A DNA stretch of 64,000 bases, taken from the NCBI GenBank assembly GCA_963767125.1, contig CAVYDB010000049.1, positions 125,171 through 189,170 of the forward strand. Reading direction: 5' to 3'. Below are positions 20,101 through 28,660 of this stretch, in pieces. The translations under genes and the position numbers were made by a program. Origin of the DNA: an uncultured Bacteroidota bacterium. GTDB lineage: Bacteria; Bacteroidota; Bacteroidia; JABEUT01. The notes below the pieces were generated by a model that was given only the letters and a program-made list of their open reading frames with translations, had not been told where the DNA came from and did no database searches. Each line of letters starts with the position of its first letter. Position 1 is the first letter of the stretch.

Positions 20101-20754
20101 TTCATTAGTTGAATTGTTGGAGCCGCAGATAAAACTTCCGGAAGAATTTATGTTCAAGCGGTCTCCTATAGAAGCATTACTTCCCGCTGTTAAGTTTCCG
20201 GCACCACCAATTGTTACATCGTTTAAGGAAAGATCTGAAAAGTTACTAATGTCAACATTGCCGGCGCCCGTTTGCAAACTCATTGGATTTAGCTGCAAAG
20301 AAGATGGTAAAGTCAGGGAGGATGTGTTGGTTAATATTAAAGTACTGCCACCACCAATAAGCGTGGACCCTTGATTGAAAACGATATTACTTAAACTCAA
20401 TGTGCCGTTAAACATATTCATAGTGCCTAGGTAGGGTCCACTACCTATTGTCAGGGTACCTGACAAAGTCAACATAGATGTTGTTGAATTAAATGCAAGA
20501 GTACCGTTTCCGGTAGCGTCACCATCGTTGAGATTATCACAAACAGCATTAGTAACATCCACCGTTAAAGTTGCCCCGTTGTCAATGGAAATATTATCAG
20601 AAGAGCTGGGTATCCCCGCGCTTCCCGAACCAGAGGTAATGGCGCTCCAGTTGGTATTGGCACTGATTGTGATTGTGTTGGCAAAGCTGTGCGTTGCAAT
20701 AATGGCAAGGAATAAGCCAAGGAAAATAACCTTTGAAGTACGTTTGTTTTTCAT
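14152..20754 (-). CDS. Giant (2200 aa) T9SS-secreted cell-surface protein, paralog of 4549..13935. Architecture is PATR beta-helix, SprB repeats, two tandem ~430-aa glycine-rich modules, SprB repeats and a type-A T9SS C-terminal sorting domain.
   Basis: It has a signal peptide (MKNKRTSKVIFLGLFLAIIATHSFA) and an N-terminal region homologous to gene 1 (...SYLKRYWTVSQSG vs ...YYLNRYWKVTGS). The C-terminus ...ILYPNPNSGQFTISG...NGVYFIRMLDKDGNLVSQKKVVKVQ is preceded by an SQCCP motif, as in gene 1. Confidence 0.9.
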   Translation of the reverse strand: MKNKRTSKVIFLGLFLAIIATHSFANTITISANTNWSAITSGSGSAGIPSSSDNISIDNGATLTVDVTNAVCDNLNDGDATGNGTLAFNSTTSMLTLSGTLTIGSGPYLGTMNMFNGTLSLSNIVFNQGSTLIGGGSTLILTNTSSLTLPSSLQLNPMSLQTGAGNVDISNFSDLSLNDVTIGGAGNLTAGSNASIGDRLNINSSGSFICGSNNSTNEIIINSSGNVNLNNNTMTVQIELQYGSGSTGEITGAGTLLLSDGAEFWLSGNIVAFSGVANQFLQLGTGTGSNISFSGNTSYTVAIPAIIKGTEGFTMYGTITLAGANTYSGGTILGNSTSYLNINSPTAIGTGTLQLNNGAIIDNTSGNSITLSNNNPILLTGGTEHWHGTNSLNLGTGTVTLTGSPTLTGAGNGTLTIGGSINNTTYGMAFSSGGNFSLASQVAQLDSLTIGSGVNFTSTSDSLKLAGNFRDNGTFQNNNGTVQFNGGSAQSIGGSASATFNKLSISNTSGGVSLSAAESVSNSLAFKSGLLSLGSYNLSLSAGATITGAGSGKYIVTNGSGALDYSYASAGTFSYPVGDNASAADFSPISINITSGTFPATAGVLVNNTEDSHNPATSSYLKRYWTVSQSGLGSFSATLQGTYLASDVTGTESAMNNYLWNGSSWASYSSVDAVNHRVNATVNSFGDMTAYASPCNLIVSPSEINSGCDGQSDASATAGASNGTAPYTYRWTNGSTNATIYTDPITSLTAGTYTVTVTDNSGCSATGSITITQPNPFGAIALIANNASCYGQTGTAIANPVGGTLPYTYSWSGGGGADPTATISAGTYTVTVTDNHGCTARAGATITQPSALSVSLAETGSISCSGGSGAKISATVSGGTSPYTYRWYNGNSSSSVSGLSAGSYSLTVTDANGCTATGRTIIASPPALFISIASVTNVLCSGSSTGSIALSAGNSGTVNFSYQGAVQNWAVPAGVTSATITAAGATGGGTIGESAVPVAAGEGTVLQGITTLIPGDVLSIVSGEEGGGSNHQQGGGGGGASFVYDSALVASVGASSAFSAGYVYAIAGGGGGAGFANSAGSAGGTDIIGTTTNEGGDGAGGTGGNGGGAGAATGTSAGGGGGAGWISPGGSGVGGSHDSYGGSPYDNFSGGAVTQNTSDYNSGGYGGGGGGGYNGGGGGGGYNGGGGGSDAGGSGAGGGGSYLNGTLLGSPAATNGSNGYVTITYSGSLGGTSPYTYSWTNGTSTVSASAGATGLSAGTYTLTLTDNKGCSATASATITQPNALSVLLAETGNISCNGGSGANLSATVSGGTNPYTYSWYNGNSASSVSGLSAGSYSLTVTDANGCSTTSVTYIAAPSALFIDFASVMNVSCHGNNNGSVTLSSGNSGNLTFPYEGVVQNWTVPQGVTSATVTVGGAIGGGTIGESAVPVAAGEGTVLQGIISLVPGDVLSIVSGGAGGGSNFQQGGGGGGASFVYDSGVVASGGVSAAFGSGFLYAVAGGGGGAGFGNSTGSNGGTDIIGTTTNGGGDGTGGTGGNGGGAGPASGTAAGGGGGAGWVSSGGNGMGVSYNSYGGSPYDNFSGGAVTQNTSDYNSGGYGGGGGGGQNGGGGGGGYNGGGGGSDAGGSGAGGGGSYLKGTLIGSPLATNGSNGYVTIAYSGSIGGTSPYTYSWSNGSSTVSTSAGATGLSAGTYTVTIQDANGCSVSSAITITQSIALSVTFPVVDKIACHGDNNGSINAAVSGGSVPYTYSWTNGSTSSSATGLSAGTYTVTVYDNNDCSATAWVGIGQPSALTATAVATGTISCVGGANGVAKVTVTGGTSPYTYSWNPNSSSTYSASGLSAGTYSITITDKNGCSINSTVTLSQPTAIRDSVATIIIPTCSSTGSATIGVKGGVSPYRYTWTPNVSSTATATGLIARSYTVQVKDAGGCYSNVVFNITQPNALTALGVIANNVSCAGEANGLAKVAVTGGATPYTYSWSPNSSSTYIASGLSAGTYSITVTDKNGCTSSSSVTISQPVMLEDSIASITYPISHGGTGSATIGVTGGTSPYRYSWTPNVSSTATGTGLTARSYTVQVKDANGCYNNLTFVITQPSTPGVLGKSEPGKKAFDGAGSESQCCPTADVILYPNPNSGQFTISGLAKGMLIEVYDYTGRKVSLIAANDITMQLNIADQPNGVYFIRMLDKDGNLVSQKKVVKVQ

Positions 20755-20810
20755 AATTTGTTTGTTTTGTTACAGGTACTACAGTAAGCTTCGTCACAAT
20801 GTTAATTGTG

Positions 20811-20925
20811 GCCGGTCAAAAGTAACCGTGCATTATTTTTCCTTGCAAATAATGTTACGAAGGCACCGAAAAGTGTTACGAACGGTATGAAACCTGTTAC
20901 ATGAATAAAATAAATCGTGTGGGGA
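20811..20925 (-). promoter_or_regulatory. Conserved palindromic upstream element (copy B) immediately 5' of giant gene 2
   Basis: See 13973..14090. It carries the same GTAACCGTGCATTATTT...AAATAATGTTAC inverted repeat. Confidence 0.45.
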
Positions 20926-20928
20926 CTG

Positions 20929-21663
20929 TTATCCTAACTTTAAATTGCTAAGCAATTCACTGCGGAAATTCCTTGCGATAGGAACCTTTTTATCTCCCAT
21001 TACCAGGTAAATTTCATTAATGGCATCTACCCTATCTATATTAACAATATAACTGCGGTGTACCTGGATGAATTTTTTTCGGTTTAACTTTTCAAGATAT
21101 TCCTCCACCGTAGCTCTTACGGTATATACTTTACCGGTTGCTTGTAAATGGAGATAAACGTGGTCTTTTTCCAGGAATAAAATATCATCAAAGGGCACTT
21201 TATGATATGATTGTCCTTCTTTAATAAACAGGGCATCATTAATAATAAACTCCCCTTCCTTACTTCCCTGCATCAAAGAGCCTTTTTGCTTGCTTGAATT
21301 ATACAGACAAATTTCAATGGATGCGTATAGTTCACTACTGTTAAAGGGTTTTACCAGAAATGCAGGCGGGTCGAGAAATTTTACCTTTTCAATGGTGGCA
21401 GGGTCGGAATTGGCAGTTAAAAAAATAAATGGTATATCGAAGTTCTGTTTAATATACCAGCCCAGGTCTATGCCATCTTTATATCCCCGCAACCGGATGT
21501 CGAGCAGTAATAAATCGGGTTTCTCTCTTTCAATTAACGAAATCGCATTATCATAACTGGCAGCAATACCTGCAATTTCATAGCCCAGTTTTCGTAATGA
21601 AGAAGCAATAGTTTCTGCTATTACCATCTCATCTTCTACTATCGCAATTCTTACATTACTCAT
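20929..21663 (-). CDS. LytTR-family response regulator (receiver plus LytTR DNA-binding domain), orphan
   Basis: The receiver reads MSNVRIAIVEDEMVIAE...DLLLLDIRLRGYKDG. The C-terminal LytTR domain reads (...FLEKDHVYLHLQATGKVYTVRATVEEYLEKL...FIQVHRSYIVNIDRV). The likely true start is the ATG at 21663; the longer ORF in the track starts at a non-ATG codon. Confidence 0.85.
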   Translation of the reverse strand: MSNVRIAIVEDEMVIAETIASSLRKLGYEIAGIAASYDNAISLIEREKPDLLLLDIRLRGYKDGIDLGWYIKQNFDIPFIFLTANSDPATIEKVKFLDPPAFLVKPFNSSELYASIEICLYNSSKQKGSLMQGSKEGEFIINDALFIKEGQSYHKVPFDDILFLEKDHVYLHLQATGKVYTVRATVEEYLEKLNRKKFIQVHRSYIVNIDRVDAINEIYLVMGDKKVPIARNFRSELLSNLKLG

Positions 21664-21751
21664 AGGCGTATTTACTTGAAAATTGGGTGCAAACATAAAA
21701 AAAATAAAAAGATGCCTATCTTTGAATGTTGAATAAGTAAATAATTGTGAA

Positions 21752-21961
21752 ATGAAGACTATCATCGTAAATGTTCCGGATAAGGATGAGAATTTAGTAG
21801 CAGAACTTTTTAATAAGTTGCACCTGAAATCGAGAGTGCTGACAGATGAAGAGCTGGAAGACAAGCTGATGGCAAAGTGGATTAAGGAAGGAAGGAAAAG
21901 CGAAGCCGTGCCACTTGAAAAGGTTTACACCTATTTGCGCAGGCATGGAGTTGATTGTTAA
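21752..21961 (+). CDS. Small hypothetical protein (69 aa), possibly a ribbon-helix-helix or antitoxin-like fold
   Basis: It is a charged small ORF (MKTIIVNVPDKDENLVAELFNKL...) whose N-terminal beta-strand and helix pattern resembles RHH proteins. Confidence 0.35.
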   Translation: MKTIIVNVPDKDENLVAELFNKLHLKSRVLTDEELEDKLMAKWIKEGRKSEAVPLEKVYTYLRRHGVDC

Positions 21962-22354
21962 GGGCAGTTTTTTATCGCGATTTAATACACCATTCTGACA
22001 CTACAAAACCCTTTATAGAGTTAAAGTAGCAAACGATTACAGGCTTGGGTTGGTTGTTCGGGGCAATAAAGTGTGGGTTACCCGATTCTGCAACCGAAGC
22101 GTATTTTATAAGGAGTTTCCTTGAGCTATTATTCGCTCCGTAGGAGCGACCTGTTTGTAGAAAACGAAAAAACATCCATCACTATGCCCGCTGAAAAGCT
22201 AATGTAGATATAAGCAATTGATGGTCGCAAGTGATTTTTAATTGGTTAGGTCCACCCCCGCCTTAATAAAGGTTTTTAAAAGAATTACATGTGGAGAATC
22301 TGAATATGCATGGTGTTTATTAATTTTTACCTTTGCTAACTAATTTATAAATGA

Positions 22355-22558
22355 ATGGGTACAAAAATTGATACATCAACAATTAAGATAGAACGAATTA
22401 TTGTTCATGATATACCTAAACATCTCAAGAAAGATTTAAGTATAGAGCCTAACTACAGTGCACAGGAAAGCGAAGTCACTGATGGTTTTAAAGTATTTTT
22501 TAAAGATAAGGTTATATCTGCTTTATCAAGTGATAATGTACCTTTCGAGATAAATTGA
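22355..22558 (+). CDS. Hypothetical small protein, 67 aa, possibly a gene fragment
   Basis: Called from the ORF alone. The composition looks protein-like but I could not place the family. Confidence 0.2.
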   Translation: MGTKIDTSTIKIERIIVHDIPKHLKKDLSIEPNYSAQESEVTDGFKVFFKDKVISALSSDNVPFEIN

Positions 22559-22566
22559 CAGTATAT

Positions 22567-22776
22567 TTAGCCATTCTTAGCCTCGCGTTGCTTTACATAA
22601 TCATCTAATGAAATTCTGAAACCATCGTCATTCTTCTTTGCCTCATCATACAGGCGAATGTCCTCCATATCTTCCAGTTCTTCTAAAAGCCGGTTATATT
22701 CATTTATGGGTAAAATCACTGCATCTTTCTTGCCGTGATTATCTGTAAAAAATTTAGGATGTAGCGTCATACTCAT
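22567..22776 (-). CDS. Phd/YefM-like type II antitoxin homolog (69 aa), with no cognate toxin ORF detectable downstream
   Basis: The motif ...KDAVILPINEYNRLLEELEDMEDIRLYDEAKK... is typical of Phd/YefM antitoxins. Confidence 0.45.
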   Translation of the reverse strand: MSMTLHPKFFTDNHGKKDAVILPINEYNRLLEELEDMEDIRLYDEAKKNDDGFRISLDDYVKQREAKNG

Positions 22777-23091
22777 TTAGTTTTTAGATAAAGGCTTCCC
22801 ATAGATAGCTAATTTATACGAAAAACTATTGCGGGGCATTATTTATTATATTCTCTGATGTCGATTCATATATTATTAATTTTTAAACTCGTAAACTTCA
22901 CTTTACAAACTATTAGCTCAACAAAAAAACACCCCTCAACCCCAATAGAATCACAGTAAACGGGGAATCGCCTAATAGTCAATGTATTAAGTAGTCGAAT
23001 GCTTGCCGTTTTATGCCGTTTTTTTTTCTGTAGCGGTCTGGAATTAGGAAAAAAGAAAATTGTACTGTGGAGACAGCGTGATTAATTTTCC

Positions 23092-26000
23092 CTAAGCCGT
23101 ATCCTTGAAATGGATGGTGAAAACACCCCCATTTTCATAGTGATAATTGGCTTCTCCGCCAAGTTGCTGGCTAAGCCCGTAAATAAGTTTTAAGCCAAGC
23201 GTTGTAGCTTGTGAAATATTTAACCCTGCTGGTAACCCTGGACCATTATCGTAAAAGGTAAGGCGATATTCAGCAGGGGAAAGGATTTTCAATTCAACTT
23301 TTAGTTTTCCGTTATCTTGTTTAAGTGCATATTTAAATGCATTGGTAAAAAGTTCATTCAAAATAAGCCCAAGGGGAACAGCTGTATCAATATCAAGGTA
23401 TGTTTCACCTATTATAAATTCGGTACCGACTTCCTGCCCCGGTTTAAGATACACTTCTTGTATCTGTTGATATAGCTCATTCACAAAATCGTTCATTTCA
23501 AAAGAACTATAGTTTTCGTGTTGATAAAGTTTTTGGTGAATCAATGCAATAGAACGAACCCGATTTTGCCCTTCAGTAATTGCATCTTTGGCTTTTTCGT
23601 CGGTTATCCTATCCGATTGAAGTTCAAGTAAGCCTGAAACCACCTGGAGATTATTTTTTACCCTGTGGTGGACTTCTTTCAATAATGCTTGCTGCATCTC
23701 CAGTGATTTTTTCAGTTCCGAAGTTCTTTCCGTAACTACTTTTTCAAGGTTAATATTTTTGAGGTTAATAGAACGGGTTCTCCATTTCACAAATAAATAA
23801 ATACACAGTAACAGGAAAATACAGGAGAAGACGGTAAATGACATACTACGATAGAAAGGAGCTACAACCATTACCGGAATAGTTATTTCGGAAGAAGACC
23901 AGGCTCCTGATGAGCTTTGCCCCTTGATATGTAGGATGTACTTGCCAAAAGGAAGACCGCTTATTCGCAGAGAGCTTTCTTTTATGATGTTCCAATCTTT
24001 ATCAAAACCATCAATTTTATATTTGTAAAGTTTTCTACCCGGAAGATAATCGAGTAAACTAAATACTATATCAAAAAAACGGTCGCCGGGCTCCAGAACA
24101 ATTGTTTTTTCTGAAAGCAGGTTCCCCGTATAATTAATTAACTTGTTTTGACTGCCAGAAAATTTTGAATAGGAAATTATCCTGATAGGAGTACTGTTTG
24201 CAATTGTATCGGAAAGCAAATTTTTGGGATAAAAGGCAACGACCCCATTTAATCCTCCGAAAAATAGCCTGCCATCGGTCGCCCGGAAGGAGGAAGCCCT
24301 GTTGAATTCGTTATGTGCAATACCATCGTGCGTAGTGTAAATATGTATGTTGTAATTAGTTAAATTGAATCGTATTAATCCCTGGTCGCTGCTTATCCAT
24401 AAATTCCCATAATTATCGGGTTCAATCCGGTACAAAACTTCAGAAGGAAGCCCATCGGTTTCAGTAAATTGACGAAATTCATTTTTAGCTTTCTCCCACC
24501 GGTACAAGCCATATCCATTAGTAGCAAACCAAATAATTCCGGCTTTATCTTCGTACGCGTCGCAGAGTTTATCAAAAGGTAATTGATGTCCCGGTATTTT
24601 TGAATTTCCAAAATAATCAATTATAGAGCTATTTTTATCGAGGATATATAAACCATTTTCGGCAACTGCAAAAATTTGTCCACCCTTAGTTTTCCTAAAT
24701 CTATATACAAGATGAGGTATCGGAGCTTCAAATCTATTAGTTGGTAATTTAGAGATGAGTGTATCTTTCACCTCAAATTTTGCAATTCCATCTGCCCTGC
24801 CCAGAAGTAATGTATCCCGAGAAACAGGATAGATGCTCCAAATAGAAGAAGTATCTCCGGTAGAATGTATTTTTTCAATTGTACCTGTTTTTTTATTAAA
24901 ATAAGAAAGATTTCCAAGATACACCTTATCATTTTGGTTTTCCAGTGCATAAAGAATGGTGTGGCAGTCAAAAGATTTAATAACTCCTGCATTTTCTATA
25001 TATAATTTATTCCACAAGTTAGCATATAAAGTTCCGGAATCATCATAACAGATACCCCGTACCTGGTTATTATCTCCATTGTTTAGCTGTGTTCTGGTAA
25101 AATAGTTTTGAAATTGATATGGCTCAATCCTGAATTGAAATACCCCATCAGAAGTACATAACCAATTATCATTCATGTTTCCTTTAAATTCCTGGTAGGG
25201 AGTCATCTCAATATACGATTTGAAGTTTTCTACAGAAACCAATTGCAAATTAACATGAGGCCCGAAAAGGTACAAGCCTTGCCCCTGGCGAATGAGTAGT
25301 AAACTATCGGCAAACGGAAAAGTGTACAGTAGAACATCTTTAATTTTTTCACTACAATGAAATGCCTGTTCATTGCTTAATGGAAAATTAGTAGTGTAAC
25401 GATAATGAATGTTACTGTCCTTCTCAGTTACATAAAATCCGGAAGAATTATTGCCCGCCTTTCCATAAGGACCTAATAAGGTAGTATCCTTTATCTTTAG
25501 CGGACCGAAAGAAACAGAGTCTCCGAAGAAGCAGAAGGTGCGGTAAATTCCAGCTAAGGAAAGAAAGCTATACCCATCCTGAACAGCATTCCAGATATAC
25601 CCAGGCAGTTTTCCTGAATAATTGCTTGAAATACTTATCGGCGTAAATCCTGATTTGGAAGAATAGCGCCATATTTGTGATGGGCTCGTAGAAATAAAAA
25701 TCACATTTCCTTTTCCGTCATTCGTAATATACAAGACATTTCTTTCATCGAAAGGCAGGTGAGGAAATTGTTCTGAAAGGGTTTTGATACTATCCGTTCC
25801 CAAATCCATAACATCAATTTTCCCGGTTCTTTCATACAGGTTCTCCAGATTGCCCAGATTGATAAATAAATTATTTGTATCACCACATGCAAGTTGGATA
25901 ATTCTATTCCCTCGCAAATGACTTTGCTGAGTTCTGAATGTAATAAAATTTTCACCGTCGTACCTGTTCAATCCATTAGTAGTACCAAACCAAATAAAAC

Positions 26001-26169
26001 CTTGCCTATCTTTCATGCCACATAGAACAACTCTTGATGCCAACCCATCCTCTATTGAAAGATGACGGGTAGTGATATTATAGTCACTCTCCCCCCTTGT
26101 AAGCTGGGCTTTGACGATAGCGTGAAAGAAACAAAAAATAGAGAATACTAAACAAAAAAGACCTTTCAT
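23092..26169 (-). CDS. Sensor histidine kinase with a signal peptide, a large periplasmic beta-propeller/Y_Y_Y-type sensor region, one TM segment, and HisKA_2-type (HHRVKNNLQ) plus HATPase_c domains
   Basis: The H-box reads EVHHRVKNNLQVVSGLLELQ. The C-terminal ATPase reads (NELFTNAFKYA...DNGPGLP...TLGLKLI). Propeller-like repeats run through residues ~30-700. Confidence 0.85.
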   Translation of the reverse strand: MKGLFCLVFSIFCFFHAIVKAQLTRGESDYNITTRHLSIEDGLASRVVLCGMKDRQGFIWFGTTNGLNRYDGENFITFRTQQSHLRGNRIIQLACGDTNNLFINLGNLENLYERTGKIDVMDLGTDSIKTLSEQFPHLPFDERNVLYITNDGKGNVIFISTSPSQIWRYSSKSGFTPISISSNYSGKLPGYIWNAVQDGYSFLSLAGIYRTFCFFGDSVSFGPLKIKDTTLLGPYGKAGNNSSGFYVTEKDSNIHYRYTTNFPLSNEQAFHCSEKIKDVLLYTFPFADSLLLIRQGQGLYLFGPHVNLQLVSVENFKSYIEMTPYQEFKGNMNDNWLCTSDGVFQFRIEPYQFQNYFTRTQLNNGDNNQVRGICYDDSGTLYANLWNKLYIENAGVIKSFDCHTILYALENQNDKVYLGNLSYFNKKTGTIEKIHSTGDTSSIWSIYPVSRDTLLLGRADGIAKFEVKDTLISKLPTNRFEAPIPHLVYRFRKTKGGQIFAVAENGLYILDKNSSIIDYFGNSKIPGHQLPFDKLCDAYEDKAGIIWFATNGYGLYRWEKAKNEFRQFTETDGLPSEVLYRIEPDNYGNLWISSDQGLIRFNLTNYNIHIYTTHDGIAHNEFNRASSFRATDGRLFFGGLNGVVAFYPKNLLSDTIANSTPIRIISYSKFSGSQNKLINYTGNLLSEKTIVLEPGDRFFDIVFSLLDYLPGRKLYKYKIDGFDKDWNIIKESSLRISGLPFGKYILHIKGQSSSGAWSSSEITIPVMVVAPFYRSMSFTVFSCIFLLLCIYLFVKWRTRSINLKNINLEKVVTERTSELKKSLEMQQALLKEVHHRVKNNLQVVSGLLELQSDRITDEKAKDAITEGQNRVRSIALIHQKLYQHENYSSFEMNDFVNELYQQIQEVYLKPGQEVGTEFIIGETYLDIDTAVPLGLILNELFTNAFKYALKQDNGKLKVELKILSPAEYRLTFYDNGPGLPAGLNISQATTLGLKLIYGLSQQLGGEANYHYENGGVFTIHFKDTA

Positions 26170-26863
26170 AGCAGGAATAGTAAAACAAAAGTAATGGAAT
26201 CTGGTATAAGCAGGTTAGATAAATGAACCGCGCTCTCTCCGCCTCCATCAGCCATACCATCAGTAACGTCCGATTTGCTATCATCTATCTTCATGGTTTC
26301 GCACCTAAATTTTGGGCGCTATGGGGAACAAAGTCCGCTCCAAAGGAATTTTTTCTATTTTTACTGTTAAATTCGATAAAACTGATGGCACAGATTGTAT
26401 ACATCCTTCAATAATTCAACCAAAAATTTCTATATCAGATGCATAAAAATTTGAAAGACAGATAGAAAGACATAATTAGGCTGATATACCAGCTAAAAAG
26501 CAGGTTACCAGTTAAAGAATCCATATCTTAATATTGATTAGCCAAATACAGTGAATAACTTTGACCTTTTTGATTAGCTTCTAAAAGAAGCCCTTTGATA
26601 AAATTTGCAATTGCAATATATACCCCCCCAACTTTTGAAAAGAATACAATCCAATTTGCTCTCGATGCAAGTCACATGACAGTAGAAGAGGGCATTTTCG
26701 ATTTAAAAGAGAAGGGCATTTTAAATAAGTTCTGAAGAATGGAAAACCTATCAAAAATTATAAAGGGATTCATTGACCTATGAAGAACCGGAAATAAGAG
26801 AGTGTGTATTTATCTGGTTTGAACCATAAAACTGTTTTATAACCTACTATGTCCCTTGAATAA

Positions 26864-27946
26864 ATGAGAATATCCGACATCCCCAATATCCGCCTCCTCA
26901 GCCAGCAACTATCCGGCACGAAACTTAAGAGCCCAAAAGATATTGTCGGTTGGATGGGTGCCATGCAAGCACAGGATTATACTATGGCTAAATGGGCAGT
27001 AGGTGTCAGGCTCCCAGAATCAACTGACAGAGCGATTGAAAAGGCTATAGATGAGGGGGAAATAATAAGGACCCATTTACTAAGACCTACTTGGCACCTT
27101 GTTTCGGCTGATGATATTTATTGGATACTGGAGCTTACAGCACCCCACCTCAAATCTACCATGAACACTACCAATAAAATATTGGAATTGAATGAATCTG
27201 TATTTTCCAAATGCAAAAAAATATTTGAAAAGGCATTAGCGGGGCATAATCACTTAACCCGTAATGAATTAATGACTTTGTTGAATAAAGCTAAAGTATC
27301 TACCAATAGTCTTAGGTCTGTTCATATCATGTTTCATGCTGAATTGGAGGGAATAGTTTGTAATGGCGCAAGAAGAGGAAAAAATAATACCTACGCCTTA
27401 CTCTCTGAAAGAGTTATCAAAACAAAAGCTCTGCAAAGGGAAGAAGCATTAGTAAAGCTTGCAAAAAAATATTTTTCCAGCCATTGTCCTGCTACGCCAA
27501 AGGATTTTGCATGGTGGTCGGGCTTGCCTGCTAAAGATGTAAGAAATGCTGTAGAAATGATAAAGCCCCACTTTATTTCCGATACTATAAATTCGGAAAC
27601 ATATTTGTTTCCAAATTCCTTTTCTCTTCCAAAAAAGGATGAATATCGGGTCTATTTATTACCCGCTTTTGATGAATTTCTTATCAGTTACAAAGACCGG
27701 ACAGCCTCTTTTCCTTTAGGCAATCATAAACGAGCTTTTACCAGTAACGGAATTTTCAGACCGGTAATTGTAATAAACGGGCATGTAACAGGTTTATGGA
27801 AAAGAACAATTAAGAAAGACAGGGTTCTTATTGAGACCGATTATTTTCAGCCCCATGATAAATCAATGAAGGGGTTAATTGAAAAAGCTGCTATGGAATT
27901 TGGAAGGTTTTTAAATATGAAAGTGGAAGTAAAGCACCGTATATAG
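26864..27946 (+). CDS. Winged-helix DNA-binding protein of the YcaQ/AlkZ-like family (putative DNA glycosylase for crosslink repair)
   Basis: The N-terminus (...RLLSQQLSGTKLKSPKDIVGWMGAMQAQDY..AKWAVGVRL) is characteristic of HTH_42/YcaQ. Confidence 0.55.
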   Translation: MRISDIPNIRLLSQQLSGTKLKSPKDIVGWMGAMQAQDYTMAKWAVGVRLPESTDRAIEKAIDEGEIIRTHLLRPTWHLVSADDIYWILELTAPHLKSTMNTTNKILELNESVFSKCKKIFEKALAGHNHLTRNELMTLLNKAKVSTNSLRSVHIMFHAELEGIVCNGARRGKNNTYALLSERVIKTKALQREEALVKLAKKYFSSHCPATPKDFAWWSGLPAKDVRNAVEMIKPHFISDTINSETYLFPNSFSLPKKDEYRVYLLPAFDEFLISYKDRTASFPLGNHKRAFTSNGIFRPVIVINGHVTGLWKRTIKKDRVLIETDYFQPHDKSMKGLIEKAAMEFGRFLNMKVEVKHRI

Positions 27947-28089
27947 TAAACTGGAATATGAATTAAATAAAGCGTATCTTTACAGTCGAACGCCAATATT
28001 ATGAGAATGACCAATAAGTTTACCCATAACCCGGGGCGGTCAAATGGATTGAGAATAACAGGAAAAATATTTAATATACCGAACCGCAA

Positions 28090-28542
28090 ATGAATCCAAT
28101 AAAACATACCATAGTAGAATTTGAAAGAGTGCTGGATGAAGCATCTAAAAAACTATTGAAATATACCGAAGAAGAGACTGGAAAAAAACCTGCACCCGAC
28201 AAATGGAGCAAAAAGGAAATATTAGGACATTTAATTGATTCGGCAGCCAATAACCATCAGCGGTTTGTACGGATGCAAATTGAAAATAATCTGCAACTGC
28301 TTTCTTACGAACAAGAGCAATGGGTTTCTGTTCAGCATTATAATACCGTTTCCTGGAATGAACTGATAAGGCTTTGGGAAGCATATAATTTGCATTTGCT
28401 TCACATTCTTTGGAATATGAACCCGGCAAAGCTGTCAAACACCGCTACCATAGAAGGTCTTAATGAGTCTACCCTTGAATTTATAGTAGAAGATTATGTG
28501 GGACATTTAAAGCATCATTTGGAACAAATAATTGAGGGTTGA
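28090..28542 (+). CDS. DinB/YfiT-like four-helix-bundle family protein
   Basis: HLIDSAANNHQRF...HLLHIL...GHLKHHLEQI shows the conserved His residues of the DinB_2 superfamily. Confidence 0.5.
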   Translation: MNPIKHTIVEFERVLDEASKKLLKYTEEETGKKPAPDKWSKKEILGHLIDSAANNHQRFVRMQIENNLQLLSYEQEQWVSVQHYNTVSWNELIRLWEAYNLHLLHILWNMNPAKLSNTATIEGLNESTLEFIVEDYVGHLKHHLEQIIEG

Positions 28543-28660
28543 ACCAAAAATACTTTATAACTAAGTTTCTTGTCCACAGGAATATCTAAGGGCATTTCAG
28601 GGAGCATTTACACTTAGTTTCGCACTACTATAGTTATTGCACACGCTGTTCAATTTACAA

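Noticed and set aside
26650-26720. 19-codon mini-ORF with a GAAGGGCATTTT repeat upstream of the AlkZ-like gene, which could be a leader peptide
   Set aside because: It is too short, with no conservation evidence and no attenuator structure evident.
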